This document shows, piece by piece, positions 1-13,152 of a DNA stretch of 64,000 bases. The DNA is taken from assembly GCA_951406725.2 (NCBI GenBank), contig OX597835.1, positions 35,278,001 through 35,342,000 on the forward strand, read 5' to 3'. Within the stretch, counting starts at the first letter, position 1. Each line of letters starts with the position of its first letter. Under the pieces are notes generated by a model that was given only the letters and a program-made list of their open reading frames with translations, did not search any database and had not been told where the DNA came from. The position numbers were made by a program, and so were the translations under genes. This stretch comes from Octopus vulgaris (taxonomy: Eukaryota).

Positions 1-233
1 AATGTTGTAAATATCCTTTGTCAGAGATTTTTATATTTTTATATTTCAATTGTCATCATCATCATTGTCAGCACCTTAATTATTGTTGCTAGTGGTGATG
101 GTGGTGGCAATAGAACTTTTAACCCTAAATAAGATAATTTTCCTGCTATCTTCGTCTTGATCACCTTTAGTATTGTTGTTGTTGTTAGTGGTCATGGTCG
201 TAGCAGTGGAAGTAATACCTCTAAGTATTATTA

Positions 234-2561
234 TTATTGCTTATTTAGCTTGGGTTCGAATTTATCAATAAAATTCTTTTCTCTGATTTTCCTCTCGATT
301 TCACTTGGGCTGTGTAATTTGTAGAATGGAAATATTATATATATTTTCCGACCACATGTTGCTAGGTGGTTACTCAAAGGTATCTGACGGACCTCTGGGT
401 CTCTAATCTGTTGCCGGTGTACACGTGAGCGTTCTAATAGTGCGTTTCCCGTCTGACCTACATATATTTCTTCACAATTTGGGCATTTGATGCAGTAAAT
501 TAAATTTCTGCTTTTGCAGTTCATATTCGCGTTTGTGAATATTTTCCCGGTTTTTGTGTTTATATATTGGCCGGTATGTATGAATTAGCATGTGCCACAT
601 CGGCTATCATTGCATTTAGATACCGTGAATGTTTGGTCTTTGTTGCTGAGGTCAAATTTTGCCTTTGTTAGTAATGTTTTCAAGTTTTTAGGCTGTCTTT
701 TACTAAGCACCATAGCTCGATCCTTGATTATGTCTTTTAATTCATTACTTTGGGCAATGATTGGTAGGTTTGCTTTGGCAATGTTGAAGATATTCTGGTG
801 ACATGGGTTGTGTGTCACTATGAATGATATGACTTGTTCTTGTTTTCCTCTTCCTTGGGTTGTCCTAAGTTGTTGTATAGGTATTTTTATAGCCCGCTGT
901 ATGCCATTTTCTATAAGTAGAGATGGGTATTTTTGTTTGAGCAAAAATTCTCTTAGTTCTATTAGGCGTTTGTTCCTGATATTTGCATCTTCTACAATAG
1001 TACAAATTCTTCTGGCTAGGCAGTATGGGATGTTACGTTTTGTATGTGGTGGATGGCACGACTTAAAATTTAGGTATTGATGTGTGTCTGTGTGTTTATA
1101 GTATATATCTGTGGTGATGGTGGTGTCTTTTTTAATTACCATTATATCCAGGAATGGTAATTTGGTACTACTCATCTCCTTTGTAAATTTGAGAGATGGG
1201 TGTAGGTTGTTCAGGAGGATATTGAACTCTTCCAGAGTATTTAGAGATTCTGTCCAGATTATGAAACAGTCGTCTAGGTATCTCTTCCATGCCTTTTCAA
1301 TATACTTTCTAAATCCAGTGCCATAGTTTACCTCCACCTCTTGGTAGAGTTGTTCTTCTAAGTATCCCATTACAGAGTTGGCGTAAACGGGAGCAAACCT
1401 CGTTCCCATCGCCGTGCCTCTAATTTGGATGTAATTCTTTCCATTGAAGAAGAATGTGTTATTTTCTAGAATAAGTTTGACTGTGTCTAATATAAATGGC
1501 ACTGTGAATCTGCTGGGAATCACTTCTCTATGTTTTTCTAACCAGTATTTAATCGCCTTTATTCCTAAATCGTGTGGAATATTGGTGTAGAGGCTTACCA
1601 CATCAAAACTTAGTAAAACTGAATTTGTTTCTGTTGTTTTGGGAAGATGGGACAGGAAGTCGATGTCATCCCTGATGAAACTTGGTATGTAAGTACATAG
1701 TGGTTTCAAAACAATGTCAATAAAATTGCTTAGACGGTGTGTAGGGCATGCTGGACCAGCTATAATAGGTCTAAGTTTTAGGTCTTTTGGATGTAATAAT
1801 TTTATGTACTCACTTTCTTGTTCTTTTACTGCCTGTTGAATGTTTTTTGATTTGTGTATTTTTGGTAAGCCGTAGAAGTTGCTGGGTTTTGGTTCAAAAT
1901 TGGTGATGTAGTCTTTTTCATTATCCGTAAGTGAGTTGTGGTGTGTTGAAATCAGGTTGTTGATCTTTTTCATGATGTGGTGGTCTATATTTGCGGGTAT
2001 TTCACAATAGAAGGTTGTATCCTTCAGTTGGTCTTCAACCAAATCCTTATAGTATTCGGTATCCATAATCACAATTGCACCACCTTTATCTGCTTGTTTA
2101 ATTATTATTGTTTGATCGTTTTGTATACGTTTACATGCAGACATCTCTGATTTGCTAATGTTTGGCCTAACATTGGTATTGCGTCTAAGGGGAAATTTAG
2201 ACAGGATATCAATGTATTGGTCAAGGTAGTTATTTCTTCCTTTTGGTGGGGTGAAATTTGATTTATTCCTTACTAGGGATTCATCAATCTCATTACTTTT
2301 GTTAGCGAAGAATTCTACAAGTCGTAATTTTCGACAGAATTTTTGGATATCCTCCTTTAATTCTTGGTGGTTGGCTGTTGGTGTAGGTGTGAATTTCAGT
2401 CCTTTTGACAGAAGTTAGATTTCATCATTGTCAAGATCTCTTTTTGATAAATTAATTATTTTAGGATCTATACGTTCAGTTGTTTGGGGTATGTTTCCTC
2501 TTGGATTTTTTCTTTCTCCGGTGTTTGTTGTCCTGACGTAAAAAAATGGATTTTTTTCTGG
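234..2561 (-). pseudogene. Penelope-like reverse transcriptase + Cys-rich linker + GIY-YIG endonuclease; one reading frame with two in-frame TAA stops (2415-2417, 585-587)
   Basis: Motifs IINLS..LLSKGLKFTPTP, KQADKGGAIV, FYGLPKIHK, LRPIIAGP, FDVVSLYTNIP, GTAMGTRFAP, RYLDDCF, LPFLDI, CNDSRCGTC, NLIYCIKCPNCEEIYVGQTG. ORFs 585..2144 and 234..524 are in the same frame. Confidence 0.95.
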
Positions 2562-3314
2562 TTATGATTTATATTCCTGTTGATGTTTGCTTGATGAATT
2601 TTGCGTTTTGGTTGTGGTACTTTACTTGGTTTCGTTATGTTTTCTGTCTTGTTTTTGGTATTATGTATGCTACTTTTCAATTTCTTGTTAGCATTGTTTT
2701 TAACCACCTGGAGAAATGATCTGGGTTTACTTCTAGATCTAGATCGGTTTTTTGTCCAGTTTCTTGTGGGTAATCTCTGTTGAGGTCTTGAAAATGATCT
2801 CCTGTTATTTCTACTGCTAATGGTCTGTTCAAAACAATATCTATTTTGTTTGTGCTTTTTGTTCATGTTGTGTGCATTAGGGTGTTTGCATACAAAATGG
2901 GAAGAGTTCTTACCGTAGTTCGTCTTCGATTCGTGGTGAAACGGGTGTTCATGTTGCCACGTGTTCTGGTGTATGTTGCGTTGGTGAGGTTGTCCACTTT
3001 TAATGCTATTTCTCGGAGTTCTGGTGTCTTTACCGTAATTTGTAGCATATTTGTCGAGAAATAATTGTTTCCGCTGCCAAAACTTTCTTGATCTGCTTTC
3101 TTCTTTTGAGATATCTCTGATCCATAGTTCTCGCATTTTTTCTGCTATATTGCCGGTCGTTAGTTTGGATATTTCATCTCTGATTTGATCATCGATAGCT
3201 TCGTATTTGGCTTTGTAGCGGGATTGTTTAGACAGGGTAATGGAGATGTCGGTCCTGAATTTTATCAAACTAAGGTCCCATCGAAGTTTAGTTTCTTCCT
3301 CTGGTTCTCCTGCA
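2468..3314 (-). CDS. Basic N-terminal ORF of the Penelope-like element, open up to the inversion junction (5'-truncated)
   Basis: 266-aa K/R/N-rich ORF immediately upstream of and overlapping the RT frame; no stop between 3268 and the junction at 3314. Confidence 0.7.
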
Positions 3315-3740
3315 ACGTGTACACCGGCAACAGATTAGAGACCCAGAGGTCCGTCAGATACCTTTGAGTAACCACCTAGCAACATGTGGTCGGAAAATAT
3401 ATATAATATTTCCATTCTACAAATTACACAGCCCAAGTGAAATCGAGAGGAAAATCAGAGAAAAGAATTTTATTGATAAATTCGAACCCAAGCTAAATAA
3501 GCAATAATAATAATACTTAGAGGTATTACTTCCACTGCTACGACCATGACCACTAACAACAACAACAATACTAAAGGTGATCAAGACGAAGATAGCAGGA
3601 AAATTATCTTATTTAGGGTTAAAAGTTCTATTGCCACCACCATCACCACTAGCAACAATAATTAAGGTGCTGACAATGATGATGATGACAATTGAAATAT
3701 AAAAATATAAAAATCTCTGACAAAGGATATTTACAACATT
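3315..3740 (+). repeat. Inverted copy of window positions 1-426 (GIY-YIG C-terminus and 3' UTR)
   Basis: Reverse-complement identity checked at both ends (1 pairs with 3740, 426 pairs with 3315). Confidence 0.97.
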
Positions 3741-3824
3741 TCTAAAAATAACCCAACAATTGCTGCTTCGGCCAGGGTCAAGATACAGGACTCTTGACCT
3801 GTCCAACAAAGCGTGATGCCTAAA

Positions 3825-3938
3825 CCAATCAGCTCAACCAACCAATCAGCTTAAGTAATTGAGTGATACTACACACTGATTGGTCAGAATACAGTTTGCA
3901 AAACCTAGCACTCTGGAGCCTACCCAGCTGTATTTATA
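3825..3938 (+). promoter_or_regulatory. Putative Pol II promoter in the Penelope terminal repeat
   Basis: CCAATCAGC at 3825 and 3842, reverse CCAAT at 3879, TATTTATA at 3931, all upstream of a hammerhead fold. Confidence 0.55.
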
Positions 3939-4001
3939 GCACAGAATCACTCATCTTGCTACAGTCAAAAATTGTGAAGCATGACTGTCAACACTACTAC
4001 A

Positions 4002-4046
4002 TGAACCCGAAGATTGCAGAATTCAATGCATGAAAGTACTAGTTCA
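4002..4046 (+). ncRNA. Type-I minimal hammerhead ribozyme (U4C variant)
   Basis: tgaac-CCGAAGA-t-tgca(gaattcaa)tgca-t-GAAA-gtac-TA-gttca. Confidence 0.7.
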
Positions 4047-4210
4047 ATCAGAATGAATATTTAACATTCTACTATTTCATTTTATTTTATTCAATTATAA
4101 TATATTATCTTATAATATATCATTATAAGATTGTAAATAAAACGTGAAAATCAGACAAGGTTGGAATTCTTTTTATTAATATATTCTTCTATACACAATC
4201 ACACACACCC

Positions 4211-4223
4211 ATATATATATCTA

Positions 4224-4267
<44 letters not shown>

Positions 4268-4665
4268 TAGATAGATAGATAGTGAGACAGATAGTGGCAG
4301 GCGTGGCTGTGTGGCAAGAAGCTTGCTTCACAACATGGTTCTGGTTCCACTCCCACTGTATGTATGTATGTATGTATGTATGTATGTATGTATGTATGTA
4401 TGTGTGTGTGTATGTATGTGTGTATGTATGTATATATGTATGTATGTGTGTGTATGTATGTATATGTGTGTGTATGTATGTATGTGTGTATGTATGTGTG
4501 TATGTATGTATGTATGTATGTATGTATGTATGTATGTATATGTGTATGTATGTATGTGTGTATGTATGTATGTGTGTGTATGTATGCATGTATATATGTA
4601 TGTATTAATATATGTATGTATGTATGTATGTGTGTGTGTATGTATGTATGTGTGTATGTATGTAT
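4211..4665. repeat. (TA)n and (TATG)n microsatellites; the (TATG)n tract interrupts a SINE head (4295-4755)
   Basis: Visible simple repeats; SINE head resumes after the tract. Confidence 0.9.
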
Positions 4666-5035
4666 GAACTTTGGCCGAGTGCCTTCTGCTATAGACTCTG
4701 GCCAACCACACCCTTGTGAGTGGATTTGGTAGATAGAAACTGATAGAAGCTCTTTGTGTATATATGTAACATATGGTATAATTATAAACAGGGCAAATTT
4801 TAACCATTTCTCCGCTGACTGAAAGAATGATGAACAACCTTAATTGATTTTCGAACCTTACTGGGTTCGTATTGGAGCAATCTCGAGTATAACCAACCGA
4901 AAATGCAAAGATAATCTGGAACTCGACTGAGGAAAGAAAGCTCCGAATGAGCCGTTCTCGTATCGTCCATCTGGATGTTTTGTTATTCCTTTTTTGTATC
5001 ACCTAAGTGTCTGGATGTTTTGCGTTCTTCTCCCC

Positions 5036-5123
<88 letters not shown>

Positions 5124-5220
5124 GTGTGTGTGTGTCTGTTTGTCGCCTCATCACCACTTGATGACCGGTATTGGCGTGCTTATTTACCCATAACCCTAGC
5201 AGTTCGGCAAAATATAGCGA

Positions 5221-5335
<115 letters not shown>

Positions 5336-5391
5336 TTGTCTATCTATCTCTGTCTGTCTGTCTGCCTTTCTATCTGTCTGGCTTTCTGTCA

Positions 5392-5451
<60 letters not shown>

Positions 5452-5534
5452 TGCTATGTTTGTGGTGAGAAAGATAGAGTTAGAGAATGAAAGAAGGAGG
5501 GTGAGAGAGAGAAAGAGAGAGAGTGAGAGAGAAA

Positions 5535-5760
5535 TCAATAATTTTCTCTATGGACGATTGCTTAATGGATAAATTCTGGAAGAATCTTATAACCATCTTT
5601 AATTATTTCGAAATGACCGTTGATTTCCTGGATGTTATCTTAAACCTTTACAATCTAAAGAAACTCTTTATATCCACAACAATTCCAACCACCCGCATGC
5701 TGTTTTGGGAAATCTAGTTACAGACATGCATGAGAAGACCATTTCAAATCGCTCTCCGAA
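5535..5760 (+). pseudogene. Highly degenerate Penelope-like RT fragment
   Basis: Translation MDDCLMDKFWKNLITIFN..VDFLDVILNL resembles the YxDD..FLDV region. Confidence 0.35.
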
Positions 5761-5997
5761 AATCGTTGGGATCTCTGATCATACTCGTCATCGATCACGT
5801 GGCGCCCCTGGGTGTGAGGGAAGGCTAAGCTGTTGCCACAGCATCCTTCTTATCGACGGAAACTCTGATGTAAAACCTGCGATTTCAGGAGATTACTGGT
5901 CATCTTGCTCTGGCCTATCACAAGATACTAATCACAGAAACTAAAGAATGGTACTTGTGTTCTACAAGCGTTTATCACTAAAATCCAAAGACGTACA

Positions 5998-6226
5998 TAT
6001 TTCTTTACTGCCCACAAGGGGCTAAATACAGAGGGGAGAAACAAGGACAAACGGATTAAGTCGATTACATCGACGGCAGTGCGTAACTGCTACTTTATTT
6101 ATTGACCTCGAAAGGATGAAATGCAAAGTCGACCTCGGTGGAATTTGAACTCAGAACGTAGCGGCAGACGAAATACCACTGAGCATTTCGCCCGGCGTGC
6201 TAACGTTTCTGCCAGCTCGCCGCCTT
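5998..6226 (-). mobile_element. tRNA-derived SINE, family B, with 17-bp TSD
   Basis: Head ggcggcgagctggcagaaacgttagc, B-box-like gagttcaaattcc; TSD aaatccaaagacgtaca at 5981-5997 and 6227-6243. Confidence 0.9.
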
Positions 6227-6716
6227 AAATCCAAAGACGTACAGACGATGTCACTGTTTAGGGTGACCTCATTCTTCATTCTCTTTGCTAAAAAAATCCT
6301 ATGGCGATTGAAGAGTGACGACGTGTACCGACCTTCCAGTTGGAAGTGCATAGCAAATAACAACTTTCGACAGTCACCTCTGTGTTTCAGACCATGCAGT
6401 TCTACAACGGGATTGGATAGTCATCTGAAAGGTCATGGATGGAAAGTCAGTAATGCCATTAACAACAAAGAAGCACAAGGAGACGGCAACCATCAGTGAA
6501 GATGCAGCAATCACTATCACTATGTATGTATGTATGTATGTATGTATGTATGTATGTATGTATGTATGTATGTATGTATGTATGTTGTTGTTGTTGTTGT
6601 TGTTGCTGGAGGTGGTGGCTGATATTGTGGTAGAGATGGGTGTATCAGAGGAGAAAATATTGGTTGATGATGATGATGATGACGACGACGACGAAAATAG
6701 AGCTAAGTTCAATAGT

Positions 6717-6888
6717 AGGCGCAGGAGTGGCTGTGTGGTAAGTAGCTTGCTAACCAACCACATGGTTGCGGGTTCAGTCCCACTGCGTGGCATCTTGGGC
6801 AAGTGTCTTCTGCTATAGCCCCGGGCCGACCAATGCCTTGTGAGTGGATTTGGTAGACGGAAACTGAAAGAAGCCTGTCGTATATATG

Positions 6889-6937
<49 letters not shown>

Positions 6938-7145
6938 TGTGTGTCTGTGTTTGTCCCCCTAGCATTGCTTGACAACCGATGCTGGTGTGTCTACGTCCCC
7001 GCCACTTAGCGGTTCGGCAAAAGAGACCGATAGAATAAGTACTAGGCTTACAAAGAATAAGTTCCGGGGTCGATTTGATCGACTAAAGGCGGTGCTCCAG
7101 CATGGCCGCAGTCAAATGACTGAAACAAGTAAAAGAGTAAAGAGA
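6717..7145 (+). mobile_element. tRNA-derived SINE, family A, full length with internal microsatellite
   Basis: A box tggctgtgtggt, B box ggttcagtccc, (gtaaaaga)n tail; many copies in the window. Confidence 0.9.
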
Positions 7146-7175
7146 GAGAGTAAAGAGTAATGATGACGACAGCAG

Positions 7176-7207
<32 letters not shown>

Positions 7208-7878
7208 TTGATAATGATGAAGCGGAGGGTGGAGGAGGCGGGAATGTATTGGTGGTAAAAATGGGAGTGATGTTGTTGTTGGTGGTGGTGGTGATGATGA
7301 AGAGGTTGATGACCACGATGACGACAAGGACGACGTTGATGATGATGGTAATGACGATGATGATGACGATGGAAAGGTAGAGGAGGGAAGGCATTGGCGA
7401 TAAAGACAGCGGTGATGTTGTTGGTGATGATGATGATGATGATGATGACGATGATGACGATGATGATGACTATTGGTGGTGACGTGACAAGACTCGTAGT
7501 AAGTACTAACCTGTTTACTGTCAGGTTAACGACCTACCAATCGTCACTGTTTCATAGAATATCACGTATAGTTGTTGTTGTTGTTGTCGTTATTGTTGTT
7601 GTTGTCATCATTGTTGTTGATGTTCTTATCGTTGTTGCTCTTGTTGCTGTTGTTAGCCTCAATGTTTTTTCTGTTGTGGTTGCTGCTGCTGTTGTTGTCG
7701 TTGTTATTGTTTTGCTGGTTATTTGCGCTATATACTGACTGCCGTTGAGATTCTTCTTCTTATAGTTGTTATTGCTGCTGCCTGAGTTTTTGTGTCATTG
7801 TTCTTGTTATTTTCTCTTATTGTTGTTGTCATCGTCCTCGTTGTCGTTGTCGTTGTTGTTATTACTGAGGCTGCTGAA

Positions 7879-8090
7879 GGCGGCGAGCTGCCAGAATCGT
7901 TAGCGCGTCAGACAAAATACTTAGCGGCATTCGTTCTGCATCGTTACACTCTGAGTTAAAATTCTGCCGAGTTTGACTTTACCTTTCACCCTTTCAGAAT
8001 CGATAAAATAAGTACCAATTATGCACTGGGGGCGATATATCAACTTCTTCCCTCCTCTGAAATTTGCTGATCCTGTGCCAGAAATTTGAG
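7879..8090 (+). mobile_element. Diverged family-B SINE
   Basis: Homology to other family-B copies. Confidence 0.75.
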
Positions 8091-8219
8091 GGAATTATCG
8101 CTGTTGTTGTTAAGGCAATTGTCTGTAGTGAATAAAACAGTCGTATGTTGAAAGATATTTGGCCCTCTAATCCGTTCATCTTTGGGCTCAAAAGAGTTGA
8201 TAGAGCATTGGACAAAATA

Positions 8220-8777
8220 TTAGGTTGTCCGGAAAGTTCGTGCCGATTTTTAAAGGAAAGAAAAAGGTCAATAAATAGTTGCCATTACATTTTTAATCAA
8301 CCAAGTATGAACCATTTTGTTGCACAATGCGTCTCCATCTTTCCTTTAACTTGAAAATACCCTCTTCCCAGAATCGAGGGGGTTTCATGGCAAATAATTC
8401 ATCAAGGTATCTTTTTACGTCATCAAAGGAATTGAAATTTTTACCATTAAGACTATTCTGCAGAGACCCGAATAAGTAGAAATCCGAAGGAACAATATCT
8501 GGTGAATATGGAGGGTGGGGTAACACATCCCAGCTGAGCTGCAGCAAATTTTGTCTGGCTCTCAAAGCATCAAGTGGTGAAAATGAACTTTCTTATCTTC
8601 CATTTTAAAGGGTTACAGAATTAACACAGATTATAGGAACATAAATCTTCTTCCACGAAAAGATAGCTTAAACTGTGCTCTAAATGGAGGTGTAGTCAAA
8701 TCCTATTTTATGAACTCAACCATGTTCTAAAATAAGTCGAAAGGTAAGCTACTATTAATCGGCACGAACTTTCCGGA
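8220..8777 (-). mobile_element. Internally deleted mariner element
   Basis: TIR cores tccggaaagttcgtgccgatt / aatcggcacgaactttccgga; transposase C-terminus LPHPPYSPDIVPSDFYLF...WRRIVQQNGSY (8293..8565). Confidence 0.92.
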
Positions 8778-8869
8778 GAAAGCGATGCTTTTTCCGTAAT
8801 CGACTAGTCCCCTCACACCAAATTTCAGGCCCTGTGTCTATAATAGAAATGATATTTTCCCGACTCTTA

Positions 8870-9225
8870 AGGCAGCGAGCTGGCAGAATCGTTACCGTGC
8901 CGGACAAAACGCTTAGCTGTATTTCTTGCGTAATTACGTTCTGAGTTCAAACTCTATCGAGGCTGACTTTGCGTTTCTCTCTTTTGAGGTCGATAAAATC
9001 AGTACCAGTTGAGCACTGGGGTCGACGTAATCAACTTACCCCCTCCTCCGAACTTTCTGACCTTGTGCCATAATTTGAAACCGATATTTCTTCCAACTCT
9101 TACGCTCTGATTTCGTATCCCACCGAGGTCGACCTTACTTTTCATTCTTCCAGGGTCGACAAACACAAAAAAAATACCAGCCAAGCATTGGGTTTGATTT
9201 AATCAACTTGTCCCCTTCCTGTAAA
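8870..9225 (+). mobile_element. Diverged family-B SINE pieces in tandem
   Basis: Homology to family B. Confidence 0.7.
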
Positions 9226-9717
9226 AATTACTCTTTTGAAACATGGAACAAACCGGCGTTTCGGTCAGGGAGAATTCTGGTAACCGGCCGTGTGAGTCCT
9301 AGAAGGTCAAGTAAAATATGATAGTATATGAGAAACATATGGTCAAGTGTTACATTCCCATTTTGGGACGGTTGGCTATAATATAAGGGTCATATGACTG
9401 CGATATCTAACAGTTACTGAAATTACTTAAAACGTTATTTCGCAGTAAACATACCCTGGGTTACACACAAGAAGAAACGCTTAATCAAATATTCATTATT
9501 GATTCTTTAAAATTAAGTCTCTAAGAGCATTGATGGTACCTTAACATCTGAAGTCTATTTTGGAGTCGGTGGGATGAAAAAATATATAAATGAAAAATAA
9601 ATTATTACTAGCTTCTTTTTGAAGTTTAAATATAGAATTAAAAAATGGAAAAAAACCCCCAAAATAATAAAAGAGTAAAAGAGTAAGACTTCCTTTTGGC
9701 TATTTATAAATTATAAA

Positions 9718-9804
<87 letters not shown>

Positions 9805-9805
9805 G

Positions 9806-9846
<41 letters not shown>

Positions 9847-9853
9847 GCATATG

Positions 9854-9914
<61 letters not shown>

Positions 9915-10093
9915 GAAATACGTGTATGTGGTATTTCTGAGAAGTACATACACGTATTTACGTATGTATATGCAGACGTATCTGGTGTTACATAAGTAAA
10001 ACAGTGACTTTATGTGAAAGGATTTCAGTTTTTGCGTACACGTTTCACGAAACAAACACGCCTATACATCAAAGGAATACTCACATGAACAAA

Positions 10094-10145
<52 letters not shown>

Positions 10146-10795
10146 ATGTGAGTACGTATGTATATATATATATATATATATATATACATACACACATCTA
10201 TACACACACACATATATATGTATGCATATATATATACTTATATATATATGCATATATGCTTACTTGCATATATATTTATATACATATATTATTTAATGTG
10301 TGTATATGTATGTGCATTTACATACATACACTTATACACACACAAAAATACAAATGATGTTTTTTCTGTACATGAAAGAAAAAGTACGCACTATATGATC
10401 TAGAGTACATATATATATATGTATGTATATATATATATGTATATATATATATACATATATCAATATATTATATATATATGCACACTTATACACAAACATC
10501 CACACACATGCACGCACACACACATACACTTATACAAATACACACATAGTTTTCGAATGGAAAGCGTCTGCTCTTTCTCAGGAATGTATTTCATCGAAGC
10601 GTACACCGGTTTAGCTCTATATCGGTTAATTTCCCTGGAATTTGTTAATATGCGTTAGTATTGGTGTTTATTGATGGTTCTTCTTCGACATCAGTACTCT
10701 GCAGTTATGAAGTACAGTCGTTGTTATAGACATTTCCATCTATCCGATGTAGGATAGATATATAAGTATGTGTATGTCTGTCTATGTATATATAT

Positions 10796-10843
<48 letters not shown>

Positions 10844-10945
10844 TCGGGGTGAGTACTTGATAATTATAAGCACCTGTGTATACTGTTTGGTGGTGTAGGT
10901 GGTGGAGTAAATTGATCAAAATAAAAACATGATGCCAAGGATTCA

Positions 10946-11023
10946 GCGGTACATATGTTTCGGGCCTTTATTAGACAGATTTATAACAATGCATAATGTA
11001 TGTCTGTGGCCTTCTTCAGCCGC
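10946..11023 (-). ncRNA. Type-I hammerhead ribozyme, canonical core
   Basis: Minus strand: gcgg-CTGAAGA-aggcc...ggccc-GAAA-catatg-TA-ccgc. Confidence 0.88.
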
Positions 11024-11675
11024 GCACAACAGCTTCCACAAGGACATGTGTTACATCAAAAATTCTTGGTTGGGGATGCAAATCCTCTCATTCGCGTACG
11101 ACATAATGCGGCAACAGCATAGAATTGAAGCGTCCATCTCTTTCTTCTCTCAATGTAGAATGAGGAAATTTGGATGTTGAAGTAATGTAAATAAATAAAT
11201 ACATATATAGACGTGAAGATGGAGGGGCGAGAATTCAGGACGAAGGATAAAAAATATATAAAAAGTGTAAGTATAGAAAAATATAAAAATGTAGAGTATA
11301 AAGATATAAAGAGATATAAGGAGATATAAAGGGGATATAAAGAATATAAAGAAATATAAATGAATGTAAAGGCATAAGGTTATAAAGTAAAAATAGAAAT
11401 AGAAATAAAAGTAAAAAGTAAAAAAATAAAAATAGGAATAAAAATGATAAAAATGCAAAAAAAATATAAAGATAAGGGATGTATAGAGGTTACGGACCAG
11501 ACATGGTGGTCAGGAAATTGATAAAATTTAGTTGTAGAAGCTTTGGGTGTCAATAAATCAACATGGTCGTCTGGGGACCTAGTGTATTGTAAATCAGAGC
11601 TGTTGAGCGGTTAATCTAGTTCTTTGAATTAATTGGTCATCTTGTACATACATACCATCATGGATACATATACCC

Positions 11676-11750
<75 letters not shown>

Positions 11751-11892
11751 CTGGCCTGCTCACTTTGCCAGCGGGGTGGCGTCATTTGAAGGCTAAAACA
11801 ATGCGAAGCGCATTGTGACCAGCGATGTGCAGCAACATCTGATAGCCTCGTCGATCACGGTGATCACAGTGATATACATATATACATATATG

Positions 11893-11948
<56 letters not shown>

Positions 11949-12105
11949 TAATCCAAACAAGAAAGCACAAAAAAACACAACAACGCAAGGACGTGGAACA
12001 AATATAGTATTATTGGACACTCAGGAAAGAAGGAAAGAAGGAGGGTTTATATATATATACACATATATATATATTATACATACATATATACATATATATA
12101 CATAT

Positions 12106-12136
<31 letters not shown>

Positions 12137-12188
12137 CATATATACATATATATGTATAAGTATATATATCTATCTATCTATCTATCTA

Positions 12189-12237
<49 letters not shown>

Positions 12238-12691
12238 TTAATAAGGGTGAGAGAGTTAGATACTAATTTCAAAAGGTTTCAACCACAAAAATACATGTTT
12301 CCCATGAAAGTCAGTACGATTGTTAGCTCATATTTAGCTCTGGTTATGGCATTTAACTGCATTCAGAAGTGGGATCCTAGATCAGGCCTTCCAGGGTTTT
12401 GAGGAATATGGAGCCACCTTTTAACCATTATTGTTCCCAAGCCATTACTGTTCCTTAACCCTTATTGTACACAAACCCAGAGTAGCAGTACCTGTCAGCT
12501 TCCCAGCTAAGATAACATGTTACCACTCGAGCTAGAGTATACTGAAATCACGGGATGCAGCAGCATCCGGTCTGTTGCTATAGTAACGAAGCTAAAGCAT
12601 GCCGAGTGAAGCCGCTCGGCACAGATTGACCTTAAACTCTGCTGTCCTGCTGTCCATGTTCACTAACTTTTAACGTTCTAGTTCCCTTACG

Positions 12692-12769
<78 letters not shown>

Positions 12770-12867
12770 ATAATAATTATTATTTGATGGAATATTATTT
12801 CTAACTTACAGGGAAAATTTCAATTTAGAAATACTAAATCAATTTCACAAAATATAATATATATAAA

Positions 12868-13152
12868 AATTAGAAAAAAACACTTTTTATCAATTCAAAA
12901 TGAACAATTAAATTACACCATCTAGAAAATTACATATAATAGAAATATTAAAAATAAAATAACAATAATATACCGATGATTAAGTAAATTGCAAAATAAT
13001 AATAAAATATATACGTTATTATAATTATTTTTCAATTTACTTAATCATCGGTATATTATTATTTTATTTTTAATATTTCTATTATATGTAATTTTCTAGA
13101 TGGTGTAATTTAATTGTTCATTTTGAATTGATAAAAGGTGTTTTTTTCTAAT

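Larger units (their letters stand above)
1..4190 (-). mobile_element. Penelope-like retroelement (Naiad/Neptune-type), 5'-truncated and fused to an inverted copy of its own 3' end; continues past the left window edge
   Basis: RT and GIY-YIG coding frames on the minus strand. 3315-3740 is the reverse complement of 1-426. The inverted terminal region carries CCAAT/TATA boxes and a hammerhead fold and ends at a (TA)n tract near 4211. Confidence 0.93.

Noticed and set aside
585-2417. In-frame stops in the Penelope ORF as selenocysteine or readthrough codons (reported for some Naiad elements)
   Set aside because: Both stops are TAA, not TGA; simple nonsense mutations are more likely
4924-4960. 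Possible hammerhead cga-CTGAGGA...GAAT...tcg in a TA-terminated island
   Set aside because: GAAA box and stem II are imperfect; at best a decayed copy
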